DNA of 64,000 nucleotides from an uncultured bacterium (GCA_964624405.1 CAZUXA010000004.1:70572-134571), one strand, 5' to 3'; counted from the first letter of the stretch, positions 1-9,730 are shown. The notes: generated by a model from the sequence alone, not told the origin. Numbers and translations: made by a program.

Positions 1-421
1 TGGGGCCCTCGGTTACTCGGGAGCCCAGCGGGTTGGGTCTGTCCACCACGAAGACGGGAATCCCCAGTTCGCCGCACTTCCTCATGGCCAGGGCCATGCT
101 GTAGATGTAGGTGTAATACCTGCTGCCCACATCGATGATGTCCACCATCAGGGCGTCGGCTCCGGCCAGCATTTCAGCGGTTGGAACCCGGGTGGCCCCG
201 TAAAGGCTGAAAAGCGGCGCGCCCAGACCGGAATTGTCGTCGCCCTCCCACTCCACCATGTTGTCCTGCGTTTCCGCCCAGAAACCATGCTGGGGGGCCA
301 GAACGGCGTGAAGAACCCCGGCTCTTAGCAAACGGTGGGCGGTGGATTCCAGGCCGCACCCGACGGCGGCGCAATGGGAGAGCAGACAGACCCGGCTTCC
401 GGAAAGGTCAGAAAGGTTCAT
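1..421 (-). CDS. DUF1343 / exo-beta-N-acetylmuramidase NamZ-family protein (5' part; runs off window)
   Basis: Own translation from ATG at 421: MNLSDLSGSRVCLLSH...LAPQHGFWAETQDNM...SLYG...DIIDVGSRYYTYIYSM...DRPNPLG, matching DUF1343 motifs; ATGA overlap with upstream stop; not in ORF track. Confidence 0.85.
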   Translation of the reverse strand, partial: MNLSDLSGSRVCLLSHCAAVGCGLESTAHRLLRAGVLHAVLAPQHGFWAETQDNMVEWEGDDNSGLGAPLFSLYGATRVPTAEMLAGADALMVDIIDVGSRYYTYIYSMALAMRKCGELGIPVFVVDRPNPLGSRVTEGP

Positions 422-1179
422 TCCCCACCAAGCAGGTATGAGTCGCCGTTCGAGGGAATCAGGAAGTCGTTTCCAAGCTCGGCTACGGTCTCGGTGCGAA
501 GGCGCTTCTTAAGGTGGAAAGCGTACTTCGCAACCTCGGGCCTGTTCAGTATTGCCATCTGCTCCCTGGCCAGTGATGGACAGAGGTGGTCGCTGGCGAT
601 GGCAAGGTCGCGGAGACGGTCGGGGAAAGAACATTCCACCCAGGCCATGGACAGCCGGGGGATTTCCCGGGCCCTGTGCCACAACTCCTCGGTGGGGCCT
701 GTATCGCCGCTGTACACCATGGCCGATTTTCCGGAAATGAAAATGAAGCCCCGGGCTCCGGCCGGATGGTTTACCGGAACAGACATGGCCATGATTTCTC
801 CGGGCAGCTCAAACCATTCGAGGTCCGGCATTTCCCGGTACTCAAGAACCGGGCATCCCCCGCTGGATATCCTGCTGAAATCCGGCCAGAGCCTGTCGTT
901 CATGTAATGCTCCCGGATGGTGGCGATGCAGGCACGGCTACCCATGACGGTCAGGGGGCGGTTCCGGAAACCGGTGATGTTGTCCAGCAGAAAACCAAGT
1001 TCAAGAAGATGATCCAGATGGGCATGGGTGAGAAGCACCATGTCCAGGCCGTCCTGAATACGGGGTGGAACGCTGCAGGCGCTTCCGGCATCCAGCATGA
1101 CCCGGTGCCCCAGAAGCATGGTCACCAGCCTGCTTTCCTCCAGTCGGGAACCCTCGCAGCCTATCACGCGGAAATTCAC
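418..1179 (-). CDS. MBL-fold metallo-hydrolase, class II cAMP phosphodiesterase-like
   Basis: THAHLDH motif, N-x-x-x-WPDF, SGDTG, VECSFP, DHLCP; likely GTG start at 1179 overlapping alr stop (GTGA). Confidence 0.75.
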   Translation of the reverse strand: MNFRVIGCEGSRLEESRLVTMLLGHRVMLDAGSACSVPPRIQDGLDMVLLTHAHLDHLLELGFLLDNITGFRNRPLTVMGSRACIATIREHYMNDRLWPDFSRISSGGCPVLEYREMPDLEWFELPGEIMAMSVPVNHPAGARGFIFISGKSAMVYSGDTGPTEELWHRAREIPRLSMAWVECSFPDRLRDLAIASDHLCPSLAREQMAILNRPEVAKYAFHLKKRLRTETVAELGNDFLIPSNGDSYLLGGE

Positions 1180-2318
1180 GGGTCTTCCTTCACGATTATT
1201 CTGGGAAGCAGGGGTGAAACACCGGTAACGATTTCGTAGTTGATTGTTCCGCACCACGATGCGATCAGCTCTGCGGAAATGCGCTCATCACCGGATTCGC
1301 CCATGAGAATGGCCTCTTCCTCGAGACAAATGTCCGGAATGTCCGTCGCGTCCACCATGATCAGGTTCATGCATACCCTTCCGAGAACCGGAGCCCTCAT
1401 CCCCTTCAGCAGTACCCATCCCACATTTCCCGCCGCCCTCCGGTAGCCGTCGGCGTACCCCACCGGAAGCACCGCCATCACCGTCGGGCGCGTGGTGCGG
1501 TAGGAACAGCCGTAGCCTATGTAGGAACCCCGGGGCACCTTTTTTATCTGTACGACCCTGGTCTTCCAGGTCATTACGGGTTTCAACTCCGGAATGGGAA
1601 TACCCGCGGTTTCCGCGGAAAGCCTGGTTTCTCTTGAGGGCCACAGGCCATACACACCGATTCCGGTCCTCAGCATGTTGAAGTGCGTTTTCCCGAACAG
1701 GATGGCGGCGGCGGTGCAGGCGGTGTGTTTCACCGGCGGATCGATTCCGGCGGCAGACAGTTCTCCGCACACCCTTTCAAAGATTTCCAGCTGCATTCCG
1801 GCGTAGTCGTGATCGAGGGTGTCCTCTATGTTGGCGAAATGCGTGCTTATGCCCTCCAACTCAACACCCGGTGTGTTGATGATTTCCCCCGCAAACCCCG
1901 GGGCATCTTCCGGCAGTACTCCCTGCCGCCATGTGCCGGTTTCCAGATGAAGATGAAGCCTGAGACTGAGGTTGAAAGCAGGCAGTGAAGCCACTGCCCT
2001 GAGGGTTTCCCGATTGTAGACCAGAAGCCTTATCTGGGCTTTTCGTGCTTCAGCGAGCCGGGCCAGGTCCACATGACCCAATAGCAGCACCGGGCGGCAC
2101 TCTCCCAGGGCTCTCAGTTCAAGCCCCTCGTCCAGAGAGTTGACAGCCAGCCACTGGGCTTCGGTGACAAGGCTTCTCATCTCCCGAACCCCGTGTCCGT
2201 AGGCATTGGCCTTCAGCACGGCGCAGTGGATGCCTCTGAAATCATGACACCGGCGTATTTCCCGCAGATTGTGGTCAGGGGAGCCGGCCTCGAGTTCAAC
2301 CCACACAAGACTGCTCAT
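1176..2318 (-). CDS. alr: alanine racemase
   Basis: AVLKANAYGHG PLP-lysine motif, GYADG, GRVCM, GTINYE; start trimmed to MSSLVWVEL. Confidence 0.95.
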   Translation of the reverse strand: MSSLVWVELEAGSPDHNLREIRRCHDFRGIHCAVLKANAYGHGVREMRSLVTEAQWLAVNSLDEGLELRALGECRPVLLLGHVDLARLAEARKAQIRLLVYNRETLRAVASLPAFNLSLRLHLHLETGTWRQGVLPEDAPGFAGEIINTPGVELEGISTHFANIEDTLDHDYAGMQLEIFERVCGELSAAGIDPPVKHTACTAAAILFGKTHFNMLRTGIGVYGLWPSRETRLSAETAGIPIPELKPVMTWKTRVVQIKKVPRGSYIGYGCSYRTTRPTVMAVLPVGYADGYRRAAGNVGWVLLKGMRAPVLGRVCMNLIMVDATDIPDICLEEEAILMGESGDERISAELIASWCGTINYEIVTGVSPLLPRIIVKEDP

Positions 2319-2403
2319 GGCGAAAGAATACTCGGAAAGAAAGGCCCATGCAACACCTGCGCGGCTGCTTATATTCACGCTTCCACCGGAAAGGCGGCAG
2401 TCC

Positions 2404-3486
2404 ATGGTTGATGTTTTCTTCCTTCCCGCAGAGGCAATGGATTCCCAGGGCTTCCAAAGGCTTCTGGCTCCCGCGGGCCGGATCATCCCCGAAAAAGGCA
2501 CGAGCCTTGTGGCAGTCAAGATCCATCCGGGTGAAGAGGGAAACACCACATTCGTTCCGGCTTCGCTGGTGAAGATGGCGGTTGACGCCATGGAGCTTCC
2601 ACGGGGCAGAGGGTTTCTTACAGACACCACGGTTCTATACGGAGGCCGAAGAATGTCCGCCCCGGATTATCATGAGCTGGCCGCAGCCCACGGCTTCTCC
2701 ATGCCGGGTCTCCCTCCGTTCATCGTGGCCGACGGCCTCAGGGGAACCGCAGAGATCAAGGTTGACCTCCCAAGCTGGTGCGAAACCCGAACCGCCCGAC
2801 TGGCGGCAATACTTTCCGAAACCGATGCCGCGGTGGTTCTGAGCCATTTCAAGGGGCATCTGCTGGCGGGGTTCGGCGGCGCCATAAAGAATTTGGGAAT
2901 GGGCTTCGCGTCACGGGGAGGAAAGCTGTTCCAGCACTCTTCGGTAAAACCCAGGGTCAGAGCGAAGTACTGCTCAGGGTGCGGAACCTGCATGGAAGCT
3001 TGCGGATTTGAAGCCATATCGCTTGAAGGGAAAACCGCTGTTCTGAACGGAGCGCGCTGTACCGGATGCGGCGAATGCCTTCAGCGATGTCCCTTCGGCG
3101 CCATCGGGGTGGACTGGAACCAGGAATCCGGCGAATTCATAAGACGCATGACGGAATACGCACTGGCGGTGACCCAGGCAGTGAAAGTGAAGTTCTATGT
3201 GAACTTCGTGCTGAATGTCACCCCGGACTGCGACTGCATGCGAAACGGGGGGCACCCGATGGTGGCCGACATCGGAGTTCTGGCCTCGACTGACCCGGTT
3301 GCGTTGGATCAGGCCTGCCTGAACATGGTCACCGCAGCGGAAACCATAGACGGTTCAACGGTTTCAGCTCCCGGGGGCACCGACAAATTCCGGGCTCTCA
3401 GACCGGAAACAGACGGAGCCGTTGCGCTTGAACTCGGGGAAAAAATCGGCCTCGGCAGCAGGGAGCACCGGCTGATGAGGGTATAG
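2404..3486 (+). CDS. DUF362 family protein with 2x[4Fe-4S] ferredoxin domain
   Basis: KIHPGEEGN, SHFKGH...GGAIKNLGMG, two CxxCxxCxxxC motifs, CDC, DPVALDQA. Confidence 0.85.
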   Translation: MVDVFFLPAEAMDSQGFQRLLAPAGRIIPEKGTSLVAVKIHPGEEGNTTFVPASLVKMAVDAMELPRGRGFLTDTTVLYGGRRMSAPDYHELAAAHGFSMPGLPPFIVADGLRGTAEIKVDLPSWCETRTARLAAILSETDAAVVLSHFKGHLLAGFGGAIKNLGMGFASRGGKLFQHSSVKPRVRAKYCSGCGTCMEACGFEAISLEGKTAVLNGARCTGCGECLQRCPFGAIGVDWNQESGEFIRRMTEYALAVTQAVKVKFYVNFVLNVTPDCDCMRNGGHPMVADIGVLASTDPVALDQACLNMVTAAETIDGSTVSAPGGTDKFRALRPETDGAVALELGEKIGLGSREHRLMRV

Positions 3487-3513
3487 CCTTCTCCTGAAGG
3501 CGGATTTCTATCC

Positions 3514-3870
3514 TCAACCACCCCAGTTGTAAGCCGGGTTCACCAGGTCAGCGGGGTCGTTCATGTCCGGAAGGGTCACCTTCCACCTGAAGGAACTCTC
3601 CACTGGAATCGCAAGCCTTATGTACCCGTCTCCATCGGTGTCCACCACCCGAATGTCGTAAACCCCGGGGGCAGTTTCGTGGCTCCATATGGCGCCGAGG
3701 CCGATGAACCCCTGATCACCCAGCAGGTTTTCCCCCCAGGCATCAGCGGATCCAACAGGCCTGATGTACACCTCTTTCAGAACCCAGCCCCGGGTGCCGT
3801 TCATAATTGTGACAGAGGCTCCGCTGGCAAGTGTCGCCATGAGAACCGTGGCTAAAACGGCCCGAAGCAT
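3514..3870 (-). CDS. small secreted hypothetical protein
   Basis: Signal peptide; N-x-T...WGENLLG...G-YDIRVVD beta-sandwich-like pattern; coupled to upstream gene. Confidence 0.7.
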   Translation of the reverse strand: MLRAVLATVLMATLASGASVTIMNGTRGWVLKEVYIRPVGSADAWGENLLGDQGFIGLGAIWSHETAPGVYDIRVVDTDGDGYIRLAIPVESSFRWKVTLPDMNDPADLVNPAYNWGG

Positions 3871-5534
3871 CAGTTGCTTCCCCCCAGATAGACCACTGAA
3901 CGGGACACTGTGTTCCCGTCCAGTTCAAGAACAGCGAAGTACACACCGCTGGGAGCGCCGGTTCCCGGCGTCCACTGAAGGATGGCCTCCCCCGGGGTTG
4001 AAGCCTGGTGTACAAGTCTTCCCGAAGCGTCGAACACCCTCATCACCACGGCCCTGCCGCCGGTCGCGAACTCCATGGACCCGCTGAACGGGTTCGGAGA
4101 AAGCATGGTGACGCCCAGGGAGGGGTTTCCGAGGTTGTCGATGCCTGTCCCCCCGGTGGTGTACGAGTGGAACCAGGTGCCGGGGGCATGGAGCGGGTGG
4201 GCTGTGCTTCGGCCAGAGTTGTCGGAGGCGGTTATGTAGTACTGCACCTGCGTCCCCCCGGCGAACCCGGGAATCTGGGCCTGATAAATACCGCCTCCCA
4301 TGGAGTTCATGACAACCGTGGCAAAGGTGCCTGCTCCTCCGGTCCGGTAGTGCAGATTGTGTCCGGTCAGGGTGTTGTCGGGATGGGGCCGGATGAAAGC
4401 CTCGATGGTGACCGGGGCGGTTCCCTGTTCCTGGTTCACCGGCGTGTGGTTGATCCACAGGGCGTATCTGTCCATCACATTCCGGGTGCGGCAGTGAAGT
4501 GCGTCGGTGTTGGCGAACCCCGAATAGTACACCGTTGTGATGTTGTACCCCGGGAGCGCCGCCTGAAAAGCGGCAATCGCCGCCGGGTCGTTCCCGGTGT
4601 TCCATATCGGCATGTAGTAGGTGTCGTTGTGGAGCAGGCCGTTCACATAGCCCTCGGTGCCGCCGGAATACACTCTGTAGACCTGCCACGGGTGACCATA
4701 GGGGGATTCCATGGTGGACATCAGGTTCGCCACCGCTTCCAGGGCCGCGTAATCCGGGTGGGAGGGAGGCATCTGAAGCACCATGATCCTGTCCGGTGCG
4801 AGTATCTTCGACCAGCAGTCAATGTGATCGATGTAACTCTGCTGGGGATCGGGAAAAACGCTGTATGTGCCCACTCCGAGATAGTCGTTCATCTGCTGGT
4901 CAACCCAGGTGTCCGGTTGATCGTTCTCCGCGTAGACCAGGTCGGTGGACATGGATTCGCCAAGTCCGCTGGACATGTAGTTGCCGCCGGTATGGACAAT
5001 GGATGACGAGTACACCGGAATGCCCCAGGCGTTTCCGATCACGATGGGTATCTGGTTGTCCAGCGGACGGGGCCTGTTGTATTCGTAGTTGAAAATGCCC
5101 TGGGTTCCGTCGGGCAGCGTTATGAACCAGGGCCCGTAGTCCCTTACCCAAATGGTGTTGGTGCCTGCGATGATGAACCCGGTGTTGGTCATGTTCACAC
5201 CCGCGTTCTGCAGTGAACTGTATGCGGTGCTCTGCTGGCTGCTGGTTACGATCACCCAGAGATGTGTGTTGTTGGAAACGCTCACCAGAAAGCTGTAGGG
5301 AACCCCCAGGGGCCAGCGCACCATTACTCCGGTGGCGGCCTCGGACTCTGCGGGGTTCCGCACTCCCGCCGGCGGGGGGGATGTGGGCTCGAATCTTCCG
5401 CCGATTTCGTGAAGCCGGGTGAGTTCCTCGGCGGTGAAACCGATGGGCAGAAGCTCTTCGGTGCCGCAGACTGACCATTCCGCGAAAAGGCTTCGGCAAA
5501 GGGCCATGACAATGATAAAAACAAGGGGTTTCAC
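3870..5534 (-). CDS. secreted agmatine/peptidylarginine deiminase family protein with Ig-like domain and T9SS/FlgD-like C-terminal domain
   Basis: WVRDYGP, GGN, HID, LHC catalytic motifs; signal peptide; C-terminal PNPF...VFDASGRLV...SGVYF; GTG start after GGAGGA. Confidence 0.85.
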   Translation of the reverse strand: MKPLVFIIVMALCRSLFAEWSVCGTEELLPIGFTAEELTRLHEIGGRFEPTSPPPAGVRNPAESEAATGVMVRWPLGVPYSFLVSVSNNTHLWVIVTSSQQSTAYSSLQNAGVNMTNTGFIIAGTNTIWVRDYGPWFITLPDGTQGIFNYEYNRPRPLDNQIPIVIGNAWGIPVYSSSIVHTGGNYMSSGLGESMSTDLVYAENDQPDTWVDQQMNDYLGVGTYSVFPDPQQSYIDHIDCWSKILAPDRIMVLQMPPSHPDYAALEAVANLMSTMESPYGHPWQVYRVYSGGTEGYVNGLLHNDTYYMPIWNTGNDPAAIAAFQAALPGYNITTVYYSGFANTDALHCRTRNVMDRYALWINHTPVNQEQGTAPVTIEAFIRPHPDNTLTGHNLHYRTGGAGTFATVVMNSMGGGIYQAQIPGFAGGTQVQYYITASDNSGRSTAHPLHAPGTWFHSYTTGGTGIDNLGNPSLGVTMLSPNPFSGSMEFATGGRAVVMRVFDASGRLVHQASTPGEAILQWTPGTGAPSGVYFAVLELDGNTVSRSVVYLGGSN

Positions 5535-5689
5535 TGAATCCTCCACTGGTTTCGTGAACTTTTGCGCAACACTGTATGCTGATTATACAATGGCAGTATC
5601 CGCAACGGAATGGCGGTGTTCCTAAAAGCCCCTCGCATCTTGCGAAAGCCGGCCTCAATGGCAATGTTCCGGCAATCCGGAGGTGAGGA

Positions 5690-6103
5690 ATGCAGAAGCA
5701 CATCCTTTACAGCCTTGCCGCCACTCTGCTGTGGGGGGTATGGGCGGTTCTGGTCAAGATCGCCTCGGGAAGGATAGGTCACTGGCCCTCGGTGATGGTC
5801 TACACCATCGCCTCGGTGACCACCACCCTGGTTATCTTCACTGTTCTGGGCAAGAGCCTCAGAGGGATGGATATCTCCGGAACAGCGGTTGCTGCCGCGG
5901 CGGGAATCCTCGGCGGGCTTGCCATCGTCTTCTTCCAGAAGGCGTTGTCCGTGGGACCTGTCAGTACATCCACCGCCCTCACCGCCCTCTATCCTGTACT
6001 CGCGGTAATCTTCGGAGTGTTTTTCCTGAAGGAAAGGCTTTCACCCGTGAACACCATCGGCATAGCCATGGCTGTGGTGGCGGGGATTCTGATTTCACTT
6101 TAG
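5690..6103 (+). CDS. EamA/DMT family transporter (single domain)
   Basis: About five TM helices, LWG...FLKERLS motif; RBS GGAGGTGAGG. Confidence 0.85.
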   Translation: MQKHILYSLAATLLWGVWAVLVKIASGRIGHWPSVMVYTIASVTTTLVIFTVLGKSLRGMDISGTAVAAAAGILGGLAIVFFQKALSVGPVSTSTALTALYPVLAVIFGVFFLKERLSPVNTIGIAMAVVAGILISL

Positions 6104-7246
6104 CTATCTGAGGGCTTCGCTTACTCCGAAATCCCGGTCCGCCCTCATTTGATGCATCACCATGAGATCCGTTTCCGTTGGACTGCCCGCTATCAGCCTT
6201 GCGAGCGCGGCACCGGCGCCGGGCCCAAGCATGAACCCCTGACCGCACATTCCCACCGCGGCGTAACTGCCCTGGGGACCCACCTGACCCATGATCGGAG
6301 ACCCGTCGGGAGTCTGGGGGTAGCATCCCCTCCAGGTGCGGCGGACCTTCAGGTTTCCCAGCCTGGGCCAAAGGTTGACCATTCTCGAGGCCACCTGGGG
6401 GAGGAACACCGATGTCTCCCGGCAATCCGTGCCGATAACTGGAGGGTCCGGGGAGATGCAGAAAACCACCTGACCGGAATCGTACTGGAAGAAGTAGTAG
6501 TTGGAGGAACCGGGAACCCGGCGGAGGTCCACCACCATGGGGTCGAAGAACCGCTTGACCGGTTCCGTGATTCCCGCCTCGTGGCTGTCGGGAACCACCG
6601 GCAGGACAATCCCCAGCATGGCGCCCAACTCACTGGCGCTGGAGCCGGCGCAGTTAACCAGAACCGGTGCCTGGTGGGAATCACGGCTTGTTCTGACCGT
6701 GAAAGCCCCGGCATGATGACGAATGCCCGTCACGGTTTCCCGGAACATGAACGAAGCGCCCAGCCTTCGGGCCTGCTGGTAAAAGGCGTAACAGCTTTTC
6801 ATGGGGCTCGCGCTGCCGTCGCCGGGAGAGAAGGTTCCGCCCAGCAGCCCTTCAGGGTTGATTCCCGGCACGAGTTCCCGAATGAACCCTGCTTCATGCC
6901 AGTCTATGGAGAGCCCGGCCTTCCTCTGGCCGGGAATCATTGCCCTCAATGCTTCGGCAATCTCCTCCTCATAGGCCACGAAGGAGTACCCGCCCTGGCG
7001 CCAGCCTATGGCTTCGCCGTGGATTTCATGCCACGTGCGGAATACGTTCAGCGACTCGAGACAGAGCGCAACCTTTGCAGGATCGCTGTGGGTGGCCCGG
7101 ACCCCTCCGATGGCGCACTTGTTGTTGCCCTGACCGGCGGAAGCCCCGGCGTCAAGCACCAGGGTTCGCATTCCCGCTTCCGCAAGGTACATGGCCAGGG
7201 GCGTTCCCACGCTTCCGGCCCCGATGACTATAACATCGGCGTTCAT
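6104..7246 (-). CDS. FAD-dependent oxidoreductase (DAO / sarcosine oxidase beta / proline dehydrogenase beta-like)
   Basis: GAGSVG Rossmann motif, TPDGSPI, GQGFMLGPG. Confidence 0.85.
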   Translation of the reverse strand: MNADVIVIGAGSVGTPLAMYLAEAGMRTLVLDAGASAGQGNNKCAIGGVRATHSDPAKVALCLESLNVFRTWHEIHGEAIGWRQGGYSFVAYEEEIAEALRAMIPGQRKAGLSIDWHEAGFIRELVPGINPEGLLGGTFSPGDGSASPMKSCYAFYQQARRLGASFMFRETVTGIRHHAGAFTVRTSRDSHQAPVLVNCAGSSASELGAMLGIVLPVVPDSHEAGITEPVKRFFDPMVVDLRRVPGSSNYYFFQYDSGQVVFCISPDPPVIGTDCRETSVFLPQVASRMVNLWPRLGNLKVRRTWRGCYPQTPDGSPIMGQVGPQGSYAAVGMCGQGFMLGPGAGAALARLIAGSPTETDLMVMHQMRADRDFGVSEALR

Positions 7247-9336
7247 CTGGTCTCCTCCCCCGGGTCTGCGAAAAAGCCAAGTTCAACCTCGGAGAACAGC
7301 GGCCTTTCGGTGAAGCCGGTCAAGGCTTCCGGGGAGATGCCTTCCGAGGCGGCGATCCCCTCTATAAGCGCTTTGCAGGTTTTTCCGCCGCATGCCCCGA
7401 AACCCGCCCTGGTCAGGGCTTTCAGGTGATTCATATCCCTAACGCCGTTTCTGAGATGCGTTCGGATCTCTCCGGCTGTGACCCTTTCGCACCGGCATAC
7501 CACCACATCATCGGCAACAACGGATTCCAAAGGTTTCCCCAGGGCACGGGAAGCCTCCGGGGGCTGCACCCTCACCCCCGCCACCCGGCCGGCCACATCC
7601 GCCGCGACCCTGACCTCCAGAAGTCTTGTAGCGGGGAACCCGGGGGCGGGTTTGACTTCGAGAACCCTTCCGGTCCCCAGTGAAACGCCCTCCCAATCCA
7701 TGACCTCAGCGTCGGACCCCGGAGCGGGCATTTCGTCATCAAACTCCCATGGAATCGTTACTGTGGGGAAGGATGAATCCTTCCTGAAATCCACCATGGT
7801 TACCGCGAGCCCAGGGCATACCGCTACGCACTTTCTGCATCCAATGCATCCTGCGGTGTACTCGGGAACACCCATTACGGGATGGCCGGCGGTTACGATC
7901 AGGTTCATGGGACAGATGGTCATGCACGGATTGCATGGAATCTCCTGTGTGCAGTGAAGAACCGGAAAAACACCGGAGCGCTCCCCGGGAGGATTGTAGG
8001 GAAACACCTCGCCGCCAGGGCTTTTCAGGACATCAGCCTTCTCCTTCCAGTCCAGCGGGCAGACGGCTGTGGAGGGGGCGAGTTCGCAGGCGATCTCCCT
8101 TCCCCGGATCCTGCCGCTGAACATGGCCGCGCTGGCCTCGGCGATCTCCTCCGCGTCTCCGGCCAGGCGTGAATCCATGCCGAAATCCAGCGCCTTCAGA
8201 TGAAACTCATTCACAGGGCTGAGGCCCACCGCCACCAGAAGGGTGTCCACCTCGAAACTTTTCTCCGTGCCAGGCAGGGGTCTGAAGCGCTGATCCACTC
8301 CGCAGACCGTAACAGCCTCAAGCAATTCGGTTCCATGGGCGGCAAGCACCGTGTGCCTGGTCAGAACCGGAACTCCCATTCTCATGATCTTGTCCGCGTG
8401 CACCTTGTAGCCACCGCACCGATCCATCCCCTCCACAACCGCCACAACGGTCATTCCGGCCTGAAGGGCATGGTAAGCACCGATGAGCCCGACATTGCCT
8501 CCCCCCAGCACAAGTATCCGCTCGCTGCAGCGGATGAGGTCACGGTTGACCAGGGTCTGAAACGCGCCGGCACCGTAAACGCCGGGAAGGGTGCCGCCTG
8601 GAAAGGGAAAACACTTCTCCCGTGCTCCCGCCGCCACCAGAAGTTTTTTCGGTCTGACCATCCTGTATCCACCGGGGCTTTGAATTCCCACCAGGCCGTC
8701 GCTGAAAACGGAAAGAACCATGGAATTCAGCCAGAGTTCCACGCCGGGATGACCCGCAATACTCTCCGCAAGCAGCTCCGCTATCCGGATACCCCTGGTT
8801 CCAGCATTGCAGTCGGCAACAGAGCCGAAGAACTTGTGGGTTTGAAGAACCAGCTTTCCTCCCGGCCTGTCCTTGTCGTCAACCACCACCACCTTCAACC
8901 CCGCTTTGCCAAGCTCGTCAGCAGCGGCCATGCCCGCGGGGCCCGCGCCGATGACCAGCACATCGGTTTCCACCGTGACAGGGGCAGCCGCCCCCGCGAA
9001 AGGCTGGAAGCCAAGTTCGGGCATTCCTTCCAGGGTCTCCACCCGCATACCCTCCGAAAGTGGAGTAATGCAGCTTTTCTTAGCTATCCCGTCTATCACA
9101 AGGGTGCATTGGGAACACTGGCCGTTGGCGCAGAACAACCCCTGGGGTGAACCATCCTTGTGATGGTGTCCGAACACCCTCTGCCCTGTTCCGAACACCG
9201 CCGAAGAGACCATCTCACCCGCCAGGCCCACGCGTTCCGATCCGTTGAAGAAAAACCTCACCCAGATTCCCTCCCGGGAGGGCAGAATGGGGTGGGTTTG
9301 AACTCTGCCTTCATGTCTCACGTGAATCGCTCCCAT
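7243..9336 (-). CDS. multidomain FAD/NAD oxidoreductase with 2Fe-2S, 4Fe-4S and BFD-like 2Fe-2S domains (sarcosine oxidase alpha / proline dehydrogenase-like fusion)
   Basis: FCANGQCSQC, GAGPAG, GGGNVG, CNPC..CP / CIGCRKC..CP, CRCE...GACGGKTC. Confidence 0.85.
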   Translation of the reverse strand: MGAIHVRHEGRVQTHPILPSREGIWVRFFFNGSERVGLAGEMVSSAVFGTGQRVFGHHHKDGSPQGLFCANGQCSQCTLVIDGIAKKSCITPLSEGMRVETLEGMPELGFQPFAGAAAPVTVETDVLVIGAGPAGMAAADELGKAGLKVVVVDDKDRPGGKLVLQTHKFFGSVADCNAGTRGIRIAELLAESIAGHPGVELWLNSMVLSVFSDGLVGIQSPGGYRMVRPKKLLVAAGAREKCFPFPGGTLPGVYGAGAFQTLVNRDLIRCSERILVLGGGNVGLIGAYHALQAGMTVVAVVEGMDRCGGYKVHADKIMRMGVPVLTRHTVLAAHGTELLEAVTVCGVDQRFRPLPGTEKSFEVDTLLVAVGLSPVNEFHLKALDFGMDSRLAGDAEEIAEASAAMFSGRIRGREIACELAPSTAVCPLDWKEKADVLKSPGGEVFPYNPPGERSGVFPVLHCTQEIPCNPCMTICPMNLIVTAGHPVMGVPEYTAGCIGCRKCVAVCPGLAVTMVDFRKDSSFPTVTIPWEFDDEMPAPGSDAEVMDWEGVSLGTGRVLEVKPAPGFPATRLLEVRVAADVAGRVAGVRVQPPEASRALGKPLESVVADDVVVCRCERVTAGEIRTHLRNGVRDMNHLKALTRAGFGACGGKTCKALIEGIAASEGISPEALTGFTERPLFSEVELGFFADPGEETR

Positions 9337-9342
9337 TCCACT

Positions 9343-9654
9343 TCATCTTCCCGGCTTACTTCTGAAGCGGGGTTTTCCTCTTTTCGCCCGGATAAACCCC
9401 CGGCATCCGGGGTACCGAACGCACCTCCAAACCTTGATGAAACGGTACTCGACTTTTTCGGTGTCACCTTCACAAACAGGGCAACGGGGTGTGTTTCTTC
9501 CGGTAATTCTCTTTTTTTTCGCCAGATCCTTCTCCATCTGCCGGTAGGCATCTCCGCGACTAGGGCCTCCGAACAACTCCGAAGCAACCCGGTACAGGAT
9601 GTAAACCCCGGCGGCAATGGCGCCAAGAATGGGCAGGCTATACAGAAACCCCAT
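9343..9654 (-). CDS. small membrane-anchored protein with topoisomerase-type C4 zinc ribbon
   Basis: N-terminal TM helix; CPVC...WRCVRYPGCRG; basic tail. Confidence 0.65.
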   Translation of the reverse strand: MGFLYSLPILGAIAAGVYILYRVASELFGGPSRGDAYRQMEKDLAKKKRITGRNTPRCPVCEGDTEKVEYRFIKVWRCVRYPGCRGFIRAKRGKPRFRSKPGR

Positions 9655-9700
9655 ATACCTCGTTCCGCGTTTGCCAGTAACCTGCAACATGGAGACGGCG

Positions 9701-9730
9701 TTGACAGCCCTCCCGGTGAAGCGGTAATAT
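9701..9730 (+). promoter_or_regulatory. putative sigma70-type promoter of the EF-G paralog
   Basis: TTGACA-N18-TAATAT about 70 bp upstream of ATG 9802. Confidence 0.45.

Noticed and set aside
2319-2630. N-terminal extension of alr
   Set aside because: Overlaps the divergent DUF362 gene; Alr homology begins at MSSLVWVE
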